From NCBI GenBank assembly GCA_028689055.1, contig JAQTWZ010000001.1, positions 106,786-170,785 of the forward strand: a DNA stretch of 64,000 nucleotides, given 5' to 3'. The notes under the pieces were generated by a model that had not been told where the DNA came from, ran no database searches, and saw nothing but the letters and a program-made list of their open reading frames with translations. Source of the DNA: Sulfurimonas sp. GTDB taxonomy: Bacteria > Campylobacterota > Campylobacteria > Campylobacterales > Sulfurimonadaceae. The translations under genes and the position numbers were made by a program. Below, piece by piece: positions 19,200-26,956 of this stretch. The stretch's first letter is position 1. Each line of letters starts with the position of its first letter.

Positions 19200-19844
19200 T
19201 TATACTATATTTAATTTTAACTTTACTTCTTCAAATAAAGCATCAAATTCTTGGTCAGCCTTAGAAAAGATACGAAACTCTTTTATGCTTTTTCCGACAC
19301 CTATAGAGTTTGCTATATCAACACGCTGTCTTATAACGGAAGTCATAAGTTCAAAGTGTTCTGACATACAAATGAACTCTATCAAGTCACCGAAGTTTTT
19401 CATTGCCGGATTGAGATTGTTAAATAGAACATTTGTTTTAATAGTCTCTTTTTGTATTTCCGAAAGTGATTTCAGTATCTCTTCATATTTTTGTAATCCC
19501 ATTAGATCAAAGGGTTTGTCTGAAACAGGAGTAATGAGTAAATCTGAGCCGACAATTGCAACTCTATTAAACGCACTGTCAAATCCACCAGAGTCAATGA
19601 TGGTCAATGCGTTTGGCTTGTCATTTTCAATGTGCAAAGCAAGCTCACCTGCGTTACTGACATGTTTGATAGTTAGAGGATCTAAACCTTGGGACTTTCT
19701 GATTTGATTTGTTTGCGTTAATGACTGCTGAGTATCTAGGTCAATAATTGTGGTCGGCAGGTGTTTTGAAAAGTGAACAGCCAAATTCCAAGCTATTGTC
19801 GACTTTCCAACACCACCTTTTTGATGAGAGACAGCTAATATCAT
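19200..19844 (-). CDS. parA: ParA/Soj-family partition ATPase
   Basis: Deviant Walker A SHQKGGVGKSTIAWNLA, then IIDLDTQQS and IIDSGG. Confidence 0.85.
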   Translation of the reverse strand: MILAVSHQKGGVGKSTIAWNLAVHFSKHLPTTIIDLDTQQSLTQTNQIRKSQGLDPLTIKHVSNAGELALHIENDKPNALTIIDSGGFDSAFNRVAIVGSDLLITPVSDKPFDLMGLQKYEEILKSLSEIQKETIKTNVLFNNLNPAMKNFGDLIEFICMSEHFELMTSVIRQRVDIANSIGVGKSIKEFRIFSKADQEFDALFEEVKLKLNIV

Positions 19845-19894
19845 ATATACTCTTTATATTTTTAAGATATAAAAAGTATATACTTTATATACTT
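19844..19894. repeat. TATATACT[TC] iterons upstream of parA (three copies, two in tandem; a fourth copy at 19184-19192)
   Basis: Read directly: 19844-19852 TATATACTC; 19877-19885 and 19886-19894 TATATACTT. 19874-19885 forms the 12-bp palindrome AAGTATATACTT. Confidence 0.55.
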
Positions 19895-20300
19895 AATGTT
19901 TACGAGAAAAATTTATAATAAGCTGATGAGCTATGAATAGTTCGGGCCAAATTATCCATTGTCTGTCACTTTGCTCATCTGCACTTTGGTAATAGACACC
20001 AAGCATCAGTGCTTTAAATGTCAATGTTTCTTTGTTTTGACTATCGATAAATATGTATCCTTCTTGAATAAACAAATTGACTAGGTGTGATCGCCTAATT
20101 TTATGTGAATTTGCAAGGGTTGATGTGGAAACATAACCCTTTTTTGTAATTTTAGAGCTTCTTCTTCTTTTTGCTATTTTTTGATAAATTTTTCTATTGA
20201 CAAGATTTGGATAAATGTTGAATTTATGTAACAAGATCAATTTCAATAAATAGAATTTTATAAAAAATTTAATAAGAAACAGTTGCATTTTAATCTCCAT
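19893..20300 (-). CDS. Hypothetical protein
   Basis: ORF only. Its N-terminal 30 aa look non-genic, so the true start may be internal. I recognise no motif. Confidence 0.35.
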   Translation of the reverse strand: MEIKMQLFLIKFFIKFYLLKLILLHKFNIYPNLVNRKIYQKIAKRRRSSKITKKGYVSTSTLANSHKIRRSHLVNLFIQEGYIFIDSQNKETLTFKALMLGVYYQSADEQSDRQWIIWPELFIAHQLIINFSRKH

Positions 20301-20769
20301 TTTTTAAAAATTTGTAAAAATTAGAAACGAGTGTGTGTGAGACTTCTAATCTATGGAATTTAAGTAAATATTGGGAGATTTTTCTAAAAGACAGTTTTTC
20401 TTTTTCTCTCAACTCTAAAATCACATTTTGGATATTCAGCAATTTATCAAACTTATCTCTTTGCTTGTAATTTTGCATCATTTTACTCCTTATTTTTGTG
20501 GGATTTTTAACATTTTTTATGTCATCAGTTCTATTTTTTTTATGAACATTTTTTGCTAAATTATAAATTTCAACGACAGCTTTAACATAGGAAGCCGCGC
20601 CAAGTAAGGATAAATCTAAATCAGAATGTTTACTTTTTAGTTGGAAAAAGTAATTTTTTTGTAATTTAAATATCTCAAGCATTACCTCAAAATGTTGTCT
20701 GCACGCCCACCGGCATGCAGTTTGAAATTCTTTTTCAGAAACCCTTGTGATTTTAATGATCTCTCTCAT
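20290..20769 (-). CDS. Hypothetical protein with a possible C-terminal HTH
   Basis: The ORF overlaps both neighbours. LSFRKISQYLLKFHRLEVSHTLVSNFYKF is HTH-like. Confidence 0.45.
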   Translation of the reverse strand: MREIIKITRVSEKEFQTACRWACRQHFEVMLEIFKLQKNYFFQLKSKHSDLDLSLLGAASYVKAVVEIYNLAKNVHKKNRTDDIKNVKNPTKIRSKMMQNYKQRDKFDKLLNIQNVILELREKEKLSFRKISQYLLKFHRLEVSHTLVSNFYKFLKNGD

Positions 20770-21008
20770 AAACTTACCTTCATTTTGTTTGAGATGATGT
20801 ATTCAGCGACATCATCAATTGAAAACTCTACTGTTGCATTTTTTGCTTCTCCAGCTTTTGAATATGCTAAGCCAAAGCCATTTTTTTGGCGTCTGTCCAG
20901 GGTACTTGTCGATATGTTGAGGATCTCTGCAACTTGAGTTCTGCTTAAAACTAGTGTTTTGTATTTTGCCTCGATTCTGTCTTCCATATGTTTTTGTTTT
21001 TCTTGCAT
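20766..21008 (-). CDS. Small HTH DNA-binding protein (excisionase/AlpA/Cro-like position)
   Basis: LSRTQVAEILNISTSTLDRRQKNG helix-turn-helix. It is the first gene transcribed leftward from the divergent control region. Confidence 0.6.
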   Translation of the reverse strand: MQEKQKHMEDRIEAKYKTLVLSRTQVAEILNISTSTLDRRQKNGFGLAYSKAGEAKNATVEFSIDDVAEYIISNKMKVSL

Positions 21009-21107
21009 TAATACCTCCAGGTATAATTAATTTTTATCAAGTGACGTCATTTTGATATTTAAAATGTATCAAATCAAAAAGAATATTTTTAGTAAGTAAA
21101 GATTTTC

Positions 21108-21136
21108 TTGACTTATAGATTTATAATACTTATAAT
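21108..21136 (+). promoter_or_regulatory. Sigma-70-like promoter TTGACT-17 nt-TATAAT for the XRE repressor gene
   Basis: TTGACT at 21108-21113 and TATAAT at 21131-21136 with a 17-nt spacer (counted). The ATG lies at 21183. Confidence 0.45.
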
Positions 21137-21182
21137 TCAATTAGTGTAAAGGAAATCTTTACTTTATAAATATGGGGAATAT

Positions 21183-21854
21183 ATGGAAAAAATATCTGAT
21201 AGATTAAAATATATAAGAAAAAAATTAAATTTAACGCAAGAAGTGTTGGCAAAAGAAATGAAAGTGTCAAAGCAGACATATAGCACGATTGAGCAAAATA
21301 ATAGAAAACTGCACATAGAAGAAGTAATAATATTGAAAAATACATTTAATATTAATCCAAATTGGCTATTGCTTGGTCTAGGAGACGAAGAATACATTAC
21401 AAACATAAAAGAATCGGAATTAGTTAATCTCATTTTAGACTTTAGAAGAAGTTACGATGGTGAAGTAGACATAGTTAAAATAGAAATTATAAAAAAAATA
21501 TTATTGAAATTTTATCAGCAAGAATATAGTATTTTGGGTGTACCAAAACAATTTCATAGTGTAGGCAATAGATTGCATGCCTACTTCATAAGAATTCTAG
21601 AAAGTACTAATTTTTCAGGTCTCGAAGAAGAATCGAAAAATTATTTGCGGACACAAATTGAAGAATACACCGATAAACCTAGGTTACAACTAGAAATAAA
21701 AAAAGAGTTATATTCTCTACTTGCGAATATAAATAATAAAGATTGTAGCTACATGTTGAAAAATAAAGATATTACTATTAGACTAATTGATCAAAAAATT
21801 CCAGCAATAGATAAAAAAATAAATAATTTTTTGCCTAAGTTTATTTCATTTTAG
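21183..21854 (+). CDS. XRE-family (cI-like) repressor with an uncharacterised C-terminal domain
   Basis: N-terminal HTH LKYIRKKLNLTQEVLAKEMKVSKQTYSTIEQNNRKL. It is divergent from the leftward gene set. Confidence 0.75.
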   Translation: MEKISDRLKYIRKKLNLTQEVLAKEMKVSKQTYSTIEQNNRKLHIEEVIILKNTFNINPNWLLLGLGDEEYITNIKESELVNLILDFRRSYDGEVDIVKIEIIKKILLKFYQQEYSILGVPKQFHSVGNRLHAYFIRILESTNFSGLEEESKNYLRTQIEEYTDKPRLQLEIKKELYSLLANINNKDCSYMLKNKDITIRLIDQKIPAIDKKINNFLPKFISF

Positions 21855-22227
21855 ATTGTCTTAAAATAGCTCCACCAGAACCAACCATGTAGCATCTATC
21901 AAAAGTGCATAAAGTGCAATCAATGTTGCAGAAGTAAAGCGTATCCACTGTCTGACTGAAAAGAGAAGTCCAAACTTTGTTGGGCTCCTCCTCTTGACAA
22001 CTATTAATCGCAAAGAGAAGCTCCTCTTTTTTGAAATACTCTTTGTAAATAACCCATCCATTTTGTTGGCGTACATAATAAAATTTTTTATTTCTCATAA
22101 AGTCTTGACAGATCATAATTACTGAAAGAAACAATATTGCAATTTGCAATATTGTTTGAATGACTTGGTCGTTACCACTATTTTTGATGGCTTTCAGTTG
22201 TCTTATGGTATTTGCTATAAGGACCAA
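21841..22227 (-). CDS. Small membrane protein, paralog family member A
   Basis: TM helix VIQTILQIAILFLSVIMIC and shared motif C..(n)..YYVRQQNGWVIYKEYFKKEELLFAINSC. Confidence 0.5.
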   Translation of the reverse strand: MVLIANTIRQLKAIKNSGNDQVIQTILQIAILFLSVIMICQDFMRNKKFYYVRQQNGWVIYKEYFKKEELLFAINSCQEEEPNKVWTSLFSQTVDTLYFCNIDCTLCTFDRCYMVGSGGAILRQSKMK

Positions 22228-22278
22228 ACCTACGATGACAATGAGATAATCTATTATCTGCTTTTTTTATTGCCTTCT

Positions 22279-22755
22279 CTAGTTTTTAGATTTCTGCTCT
22301 CGCGTATCCTCAACAACGACAGATAGAACTTCACATCTCTGAGTAATTCGATAGTTTTTATGTTCACAGGTGTAGAAAGCTTTTACTTCTCTTGTTACAC
22401 TGCCATTGACACTGTAATATGTAAAAAGTCCTAAAAATGAGCGTTTTTTTATTAACTGCTCTGGGTGTTTGCATAGAAGCTCATCATAGTTAAATCCGCT
22501 GTCAAAATGTTTATTATAAAGAGTTTGCACTCCTTGTATTTGAAGTGCTCCATTTGCATCAACACTTATAGAGGCATCACGAAAGATGGTGTGTAAATCA
22601 TCGCACCCTGAGTTATAAAATCTTTCTCCTGCTTGGTTGATGATAATAGCTTTCTCTTCTTCATCGATTTTTATATCTACATCGCTGTAGAGAAGTTTTA
22701 ATGAAGATGGCTGATTTTTTGCTACTGTTATATCTTCTTGTGTGTCTTGTGGCAT
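22279..22755 (-). CDS. Hypothetical protein
   Basis: 158-aa ORF in the same orientation as its neighbours. No recognisable motif. Confidence 0.5.
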   Translation of the reverse strand: MPQDTQEDITVAKNQPSSLKLLYSDVDIKIDEEEKAIIINQAGERFYNSGCDDLHTIFRDASISVDANGALQIQGVQTLYNKHFDSGFNYDELLCKHPEQLIKKRSFLGLFTYYSVNGSVTREVKAFYTCEHKNYRITQRCEVLSVVVEDTREQKSKN

Positions 22756-22881
22756 GATTTGACTCCTTGTTTATTTATTATTTTTATCTTTGAAAAGGGA
22801 TGAGAAGAAACATAAATATCCCAAATATTACTATCGCTATCTGAGGTGTACTCAAATATTCCATGGCTCTATCCTCTTTTT

Positions 22882-23034
22882 TCACTCATCTTCTTTGCAA
22901 CAATTTATCTCAAAGAGCAAATCCTCTTTTTTGTCTGAAATTGCCGAAAGAATATATACAGCGCCTAGAAAGAGCACTGCTATTAACAACATAATCAAAG
23001 CTGTGGAACTATCGCTTGGATTACTTTTTGGCAT
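22882..23034 (-). CDS. Short (50 aa) truncated member of the small membrane-protein family
   Basis: My own translation: MPKSNPSDSSTALIMLLIAVLFLGAVYILSAISDKKEDLLFEINCCKEDE. It has a TM helix and the family's KKE[DE]LL...C tail. It is below the track's length cut-off. Confidence 0.35.
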   Translation of the reverse strand: MPKSNPSDSSTALIMLLIAVLFLGAVYILSAISDKKEDLLFEINCCKEDE

Positions 23035-23035
23035 C

Positions 23036-23407
23036 TTACTTCTCTTCTGTCAAAACTTCACAACTACTCAAAGAGATAATTTCATTCTCTTTGATGAGAT
23101 AATCATCTCGCTTGACATATCCGCGTGCTTTTGAAACGATGATTGGTTTGTCTTCTGGGTGACACATCAGCTCTTTGCCTTCATTGAAAGATTTTCTTCC
23201 ATTTTGCAGGGTTACGATATAAAGCACTGATGCAAATATCAGAACAAACGCAGTAACGCTTGCATCTATTTTTAGCATAGAAAACCTAGGTTTGTTTTCA
23301 TGGTCTGCAACGGATAGTTGTGCCATCATGACTAAGACGCTCACTAACACGAGCACGAAGCTCACCAAGGCCGTCATTACTAAAATATTGTATGGTGTTA
23401 TTTGCAT
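23036..23407 (-). CDS. Small membrane protein, paralog family member B (divergent)
   Basis: Two N-terminal TM helices, then CHPEDKPIIVSKARGYVKRDDYLIKENEIISLSSC. Confidence 0.55.
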   Translation of the reverse strand: MQITPYNILVMTALVSFVLVLVSVLVMMAQLSVADHENKPRFSMLKIDASVTAFVLIFASVLYIVTLQNGRKSFNEGKELMCHPEDKPIIVSKARGYVKRDDYLIKENEIISLSSCEVLTEEK

Positions 23408-23419
23408 TTAATTATTCTC

Positions 23420-23797
23420 CTAAGTTAAAATTGTCACAACTACATTATCAACAACTTTGATTGAAAATGCTTCTACACTATAGGTGCCATTGCCAAACTC
23501 TTTTATCTGCTCTTGTACTTTAGGTGTAACTATCTCTTTATAGAGTTTCGTGATATTGAGCTTATAGACTCTCTCGAGGTATCTTAGAATTGCGTGTTCA
23601 CTGATAATAATCTCTTTAGAGTCCATTTGTAATGAGAGCAGCTCCTCTTGATACTTTTTAAGTTGAGCGAGTTGCTTGTCCATAGAACTTTGAAGAACTT
23701 TTTGTTGTGCCTTGATGTTATCAATCTCAATGTTGGTTTTTGAGATAAGGACTTGGATACTCTTTATTTGAGAACCTTTGAGATGGTTGCGTTTCAT
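23420..23797 (-). CDS. Hypothetical coiled-coil protein
   Basis: N-terminal heptad-like region (IDNIKAQQKVLQSSMDKQLAQLKKYQEELLSLQ). C-terminal HAILRYLERV segment. Confidence 0.5.
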   Translation of the reverse strand: MKRNHLKGSQIKSIQVLISKTNIEIDNIKAQQKVLQSSMDKQLAQLKKYQEELLSLQMDSKEIIISEHAILRYLERVYKLNITKLYKEIVTPKVQEQIKEFGNGTYSVEAFSIKVVDNVVVTILT

Positions 23798-23832
23798 CTG
23801 AACTCCTATTTGTTCTTGAATATACTTTTCTT

Positions 23833-24198
23833 TTATTGCTCTGTAGTTCTACTGCAGCTCATAAAAGTCATAAGTAAATCTTCCTTTTTAAAATACTTTG
23901 TATCATAGATTTCCCAACCATTCTTTTTTGAGACAAGATATTTAGCACTTGTGAGCATGGGAGAACTTGAACATATAAAAGAGCCACCTTGAAAGAAATA
24001 CGCTTCATCTGACTTAGCTTTTTTTGCTTTTTCGGCTTGACTAAGATTCTCTGACATTCCAGCAAGTTCGTACATAAATACTCCTATGAAGCTAAGGACA
24101 ATGACTACAGCTGTAATGGCATTCCTTGAAATCTCTTTCTCCTCTTTTGAGTGTTGGGGCTGTTCTTGAGTTTGCAACTTTTTTCTCCTTTTTAGCAA
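23833..24198 (-). CDS. Small membrane protein, paralog family member C
   Basis: TM helix AITAVVIVLSFIGVFMY, then C..(n)..YLVSKKNGWEIYDTKYFKKEDLLMTFMSC. Confidence 0.55.
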   Translation of the reverse strand: MLKRRKKLQTQEQPQHSKEEKEISRNAITAVVIVLSFIGVFMYELAGMSENLSQAEKAKKAKSDEAYFFQGGSFICSSSPMLTSAKYLVSKKNGWEIYDTKYFKKEDLLMTFMSCSRTTEQ

Positions 24199-24560
24199 AT
24201 ATCTATGAGTTGTACAGGCATGGGTATATGCTTGGTGTATTTAAGTTTTATCAATACCTATACAGTCATGGAAATATAAAATAGTGCAAAGTCTATCTTC
24301 CAAAATCTATGAAAGATACCCTTGCAACCAAAGCGATTTGAGACCTTTTTTTTACTCTTTGCTTCGAAGCTGGGCATATCATATGCAATAATCCCAAAAC
24401 TGTCAAGCGGGTTTTTTTGTAAAAAAATAGTGAGATAATCAGCCCTGCATGTAAACGTTATAAGAGGGCTTTAATATATTGCCTTATAAAAATCTTGTAG
24501 AGAATATGATAAACTTTTGAGATAAAAATTTATTTTCAAAGATAATAAGGAGTTGCTGTT

Positions 24561-24758
24561 ATGTCTTTTGTTGCACACACTCAAAAAGAGTTAAAAACTT
24601 CTCTGTCGACAATCTCTCAAGAAGCACTAGAATCATCTTTAGAAAAAAAAGAACTTCAAAAATGGGAAAGAGGCGCCCTGCTTGCATCGCAAAACGAAGA
24701 GTACATGCAAACAACAAAAGAGATTGGCAATTTGGGGACACAACTGTATGATTATTAG
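24561..24758 (+). CDS. Hypothetical small protein
   Basis: 65-aa ORF preceded by AAGGAG 8 nt upstream of the ATG. No motif. Confidence 0.4.
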   Translation: MSFVAHTQKELKTSLSTISQEALESSLEKKELQKWERGALLASQNEEYMQTTKEIGNLGTQLYDY

Positions 24759-24809
24759 TTAAAACATACAGTCATTTAAAACATAGAAAAAACTTTTAAA
24801 AAAGAGCGC

Positions 24810-25145
24810 TTAGAGCTCTTCACAATTATCGCAGCGTATCATCAAGCTCTCTTTCACAAACCACTGCTTATCTATCTCCCACCCATCGGATATACTCACA
24901 CGGTAGTTGCTGGAGGCTTCGTAGCATTGAAGAGTATGGCCTTCGCTAAAGGCATCTCTATTGCTTTGCGCAGCATGAGCGTTGTAATAGGTGTTAAAAA
25001 AAATAGTGGCAACTATCAAGGAGATATAGATTGTCATATTTCTCTTGAAACTCTTTGGTCGATATCTTGAAAGCTCAAAGACGGCTAGCACTACAACTGC
25101 AAAAACCATAATTTTTAAAAGCTCACTATTAAAATATTCAAACAT
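24810..25145 (-). CDS. Small membrane protein, paralog family member D
   Basis: Two TM helices, then C..(n)..YRVSISDGWEIDKQWFVKESLMIRCDNC. Confidence 0.55.
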   Translation of the reverse strand: MFEYFNSELLKIMVFAVVVLAVFELSRYRPKSFKRNMTIYISLIVATIFFNTYYNAHAAQSNRDAFSEGHTLQCYEASSNYRVSISDGWEIDKQWFVKESLMIRCDNCEEL

Positions 25146-25227
25146 ATTTTTTTTCCTTTATCAAATGAAATAAGTTTTAAACTCTCCCTGGTTTGAGAGA
25201 GTAAGTTTGTTGACTCTTTTTTATGAG

Positions 25228-25677
25228 CTACTCGCGCTTAATTTTTTTTGCATTTATTTCTTCGAGATAATTAGCAATATCTCTCATGCGTTCATACTCT
25301 TCAATAGGGAGCATCACTGCGTCTGGTTTATCTCCTCTTAGAATTACTAGCTTATTGAGAGGATTTGAGATTACTCTATCTAAATGCTCCTCGAGTGACT
25401 TGGCTAGTTCTGCTTCTTCAATCATCTCCTCTTCTTTATACATCATCGTTTCTTTCTCTTTTTTTATGGTTTGAGAATTAAGGCTGTTGCTCTCTTGTAT
25501 TGCTATATTTGCCAAGCTCAAAATAAGCATAATCGAAGCGAGTAAAATGGCTCCTATATAGGGACCTGTTGTCTGTGTGTCTGAGAAAAGCTGAACAATG
25601 CTATAGACAATGACTCCAAATGAGATAAACGCCAGGATTCTTTCTGATGTTGCTTTGGCTCTTTTGCTTGTTTGCAT
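25228..25677 (-). CDS. Membrane-anchored protein with a Phd/YefM-antitoxin-like C-terminal segment
   Basis: Two N-terminal TM helices. The C-terminus LEEHLDRVISNPLNKLVILRGDKPDAVMLPIEEYERMRDIANYLEE resembles the Phd/YefM N-domain pattern. Confidence 0.45.
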   Translation of the reverse strand: MQTSKRAKATSERILAFISFGVIVYSIVQLFSDTQTTGPYIGAILLASIMLILSLANIAIQESNSLNSQTIKKEKETMMYKEEEMIEEAELAKSLEEHLDRVISNPLNKLVILRGDKPDAVMLPIEEYERMRDIANYLEEINAKKIKRE

Positions 25678-25854
25678 TTAATTACCTCTCTTTTTCGAAG
25701 ATTTTACTTTTAGGAAGTTCTTTTTAAAATCACGTTTTTTCTGTGCTGCGTCTTCTTTAGCGTATTGCTTTCCCTTGTACAACATAAACGCTATAAGTAT
25801 CGCCAAAGCGTTTATGGAGCTTAAAACAATAAATCCAATATTACCTCTATCCAT
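25678..25854 (-). CDS. Possible 58-aa single-TM peptide
   Basis: My translation: MDRGNIGFIVLSSINALAILIAFMLYKGKQYAKEDAAQKKRDFKKNFLKVKSSKKRGN. Its stop abuts the ATG of the next gene. Confidence 0.3.
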   Translation of the reverse strand: MDRGNIGFIVLSSINALAILIAFMLYKGKQYAKEDAAQKKRDFKKNFLKVKSSKKRGN

Positions 25855-26255
25855 CTCTCTTTTCTCCTTTATTAGTTGTTGTTAAATTCATCTCTGACAC
25901 AGGTTTTTCTGTCTACAAAGAGTTTGCAAATAGATTCACAGCAAAAAAGCTTGCTTGTATTCCAAAGAGATGAGACTCTAATACTAATTTCTTTATGTCC
26001 AATTTCTCTTGCTCTGTTTTGAGGTTTTGCATAGTGTTATTCTCCTTTTTGTAAAATGATTTTAGAAATATCACTTGGGTTGTATCATAGTAAAATATCC
26101 AAAAATCACAAAATTGTTTTGCAAAATGTCAAATGATCTTGAAGGAAGTTTGATTGAAAAAAAGTGCGTGTCATTCAGCAGGTTGACGTCAGCATCTTTT
26201 TTTCTTCTGATATAATCCAAAACGCTCAACCCATTTCATTTCAAGAGGTATTACT

Positions 26256-26429
26256 TTGATTGAATTTAATTTTCCTACTTTTTTTATTCCTGTGTTAATT
26301 ACGATTCTTGCCTATGGAGGCTATTACAATTTGATTCTTACATGTATTATATTTGCAGGGTTTGTATCGATCGTTGTCAACAGTGAAAAGTATCCTCGGG
26401 TGAATGAGTTTTTTGATAGGGTGTTTTAG
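26256..26429 (+). CDS. Possible 57-aa two-TM peptide (TTG start)
   Basis: My translation: LIEFNFPTFFIPVLITILAYGGYYNLILTCIIFAGFVSIVVNSEKYPRVNEFFDRVF. AGAGG lies 8 nt upstream. Confidence 0.3.
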   Translation: MIEFNFPTFFIPVLITILAYGGYYNLILTCIIFAGFVSIVVNSEKYPRVNEFFDRVF

Positions 26430-26446
26430 TACAATACATTCAAGTT

Positions 26447-26466
26447 AAAAAACGCCCTGAGCGGCT
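26447..26466. repeat. Copy 1 of a perfect 20-bp direct repeat AAAAAACGCCCTGAGCGGCT
   Basis: Identical 20-mer at 28209-28228, compared base by base. Confidence 0.9.
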
Positions 26467-26713
26467 AGAAATAGATATCTAGTTGTCAAAGGCGAAGCTG
26501 GAATCGGTACAACTAATTGTATAAATAGCCTGACATGAGGACTAATAATAAAAAGAGCTGTCGAAATTTACTCCGCCTATGACACCACTCTCCTATTTGT
26601 TCAACGTTAAAGCGTATCTGTTTGACACAAGTGGGGTTTTTACTGAAGTATAATTCATATTTAAGCATTTAAATCTTATTATAAGAAATAAACTTCATAT
26701 TTAGGAAGAAAAT

Positions 26714-26956
26714 TTGACACTTCATGAGCTAGGCACGACAATAAAAACTTTGCGAAAAGAGAAAAAATGGTCTCAAGATGATTTGGAGCAATATTCTGGC
26801 ATCACTAAACGCACCATCTCTAAAATCGAAAACGGATTTATTGATGAAGTCGGTATCAAAAAAGTTGAGAACATTTTAGATTTACTTGGCTATGAATTTG
26901 CCCTCAGACCAAAAGGGCGTCCAAAGACATTAGAGGAGCTCCAAGATGCAAAATAA
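26714..26956 (+). CDS. hipB: HipB-like XRE-family antitoxin
   Basis: HTH IKTLRKEKKWSQDDLEQYSGITKRTISKIENG. TTG start. It overlaps hipA by 11 nt. Confidence 0.8.
   Translation: MTLHELGTTIKTLRKEKKWSQDDLEQYSGITKRTISKIENGFIDEVGIKKVENILDLLGYEFALRPKGRPKTLEELQDAK

Noticed and set aside
22790-23134. 114-aa plus-strand ORF in the small-membrane-protein region.
   Set aside because: It is antisense to two minus-strand ORFs that carry the conserved family motif, so the minus-strand reading is better supported.
26183-26216. TTGACG ... TATAAT promoter-like pair upstream of the small 26256 ORF.
   Set aside because: The counted spacer is 22 nt, too long for a canonical sigma-70 promoter. The TATAAT alone may still act as a -10 element.
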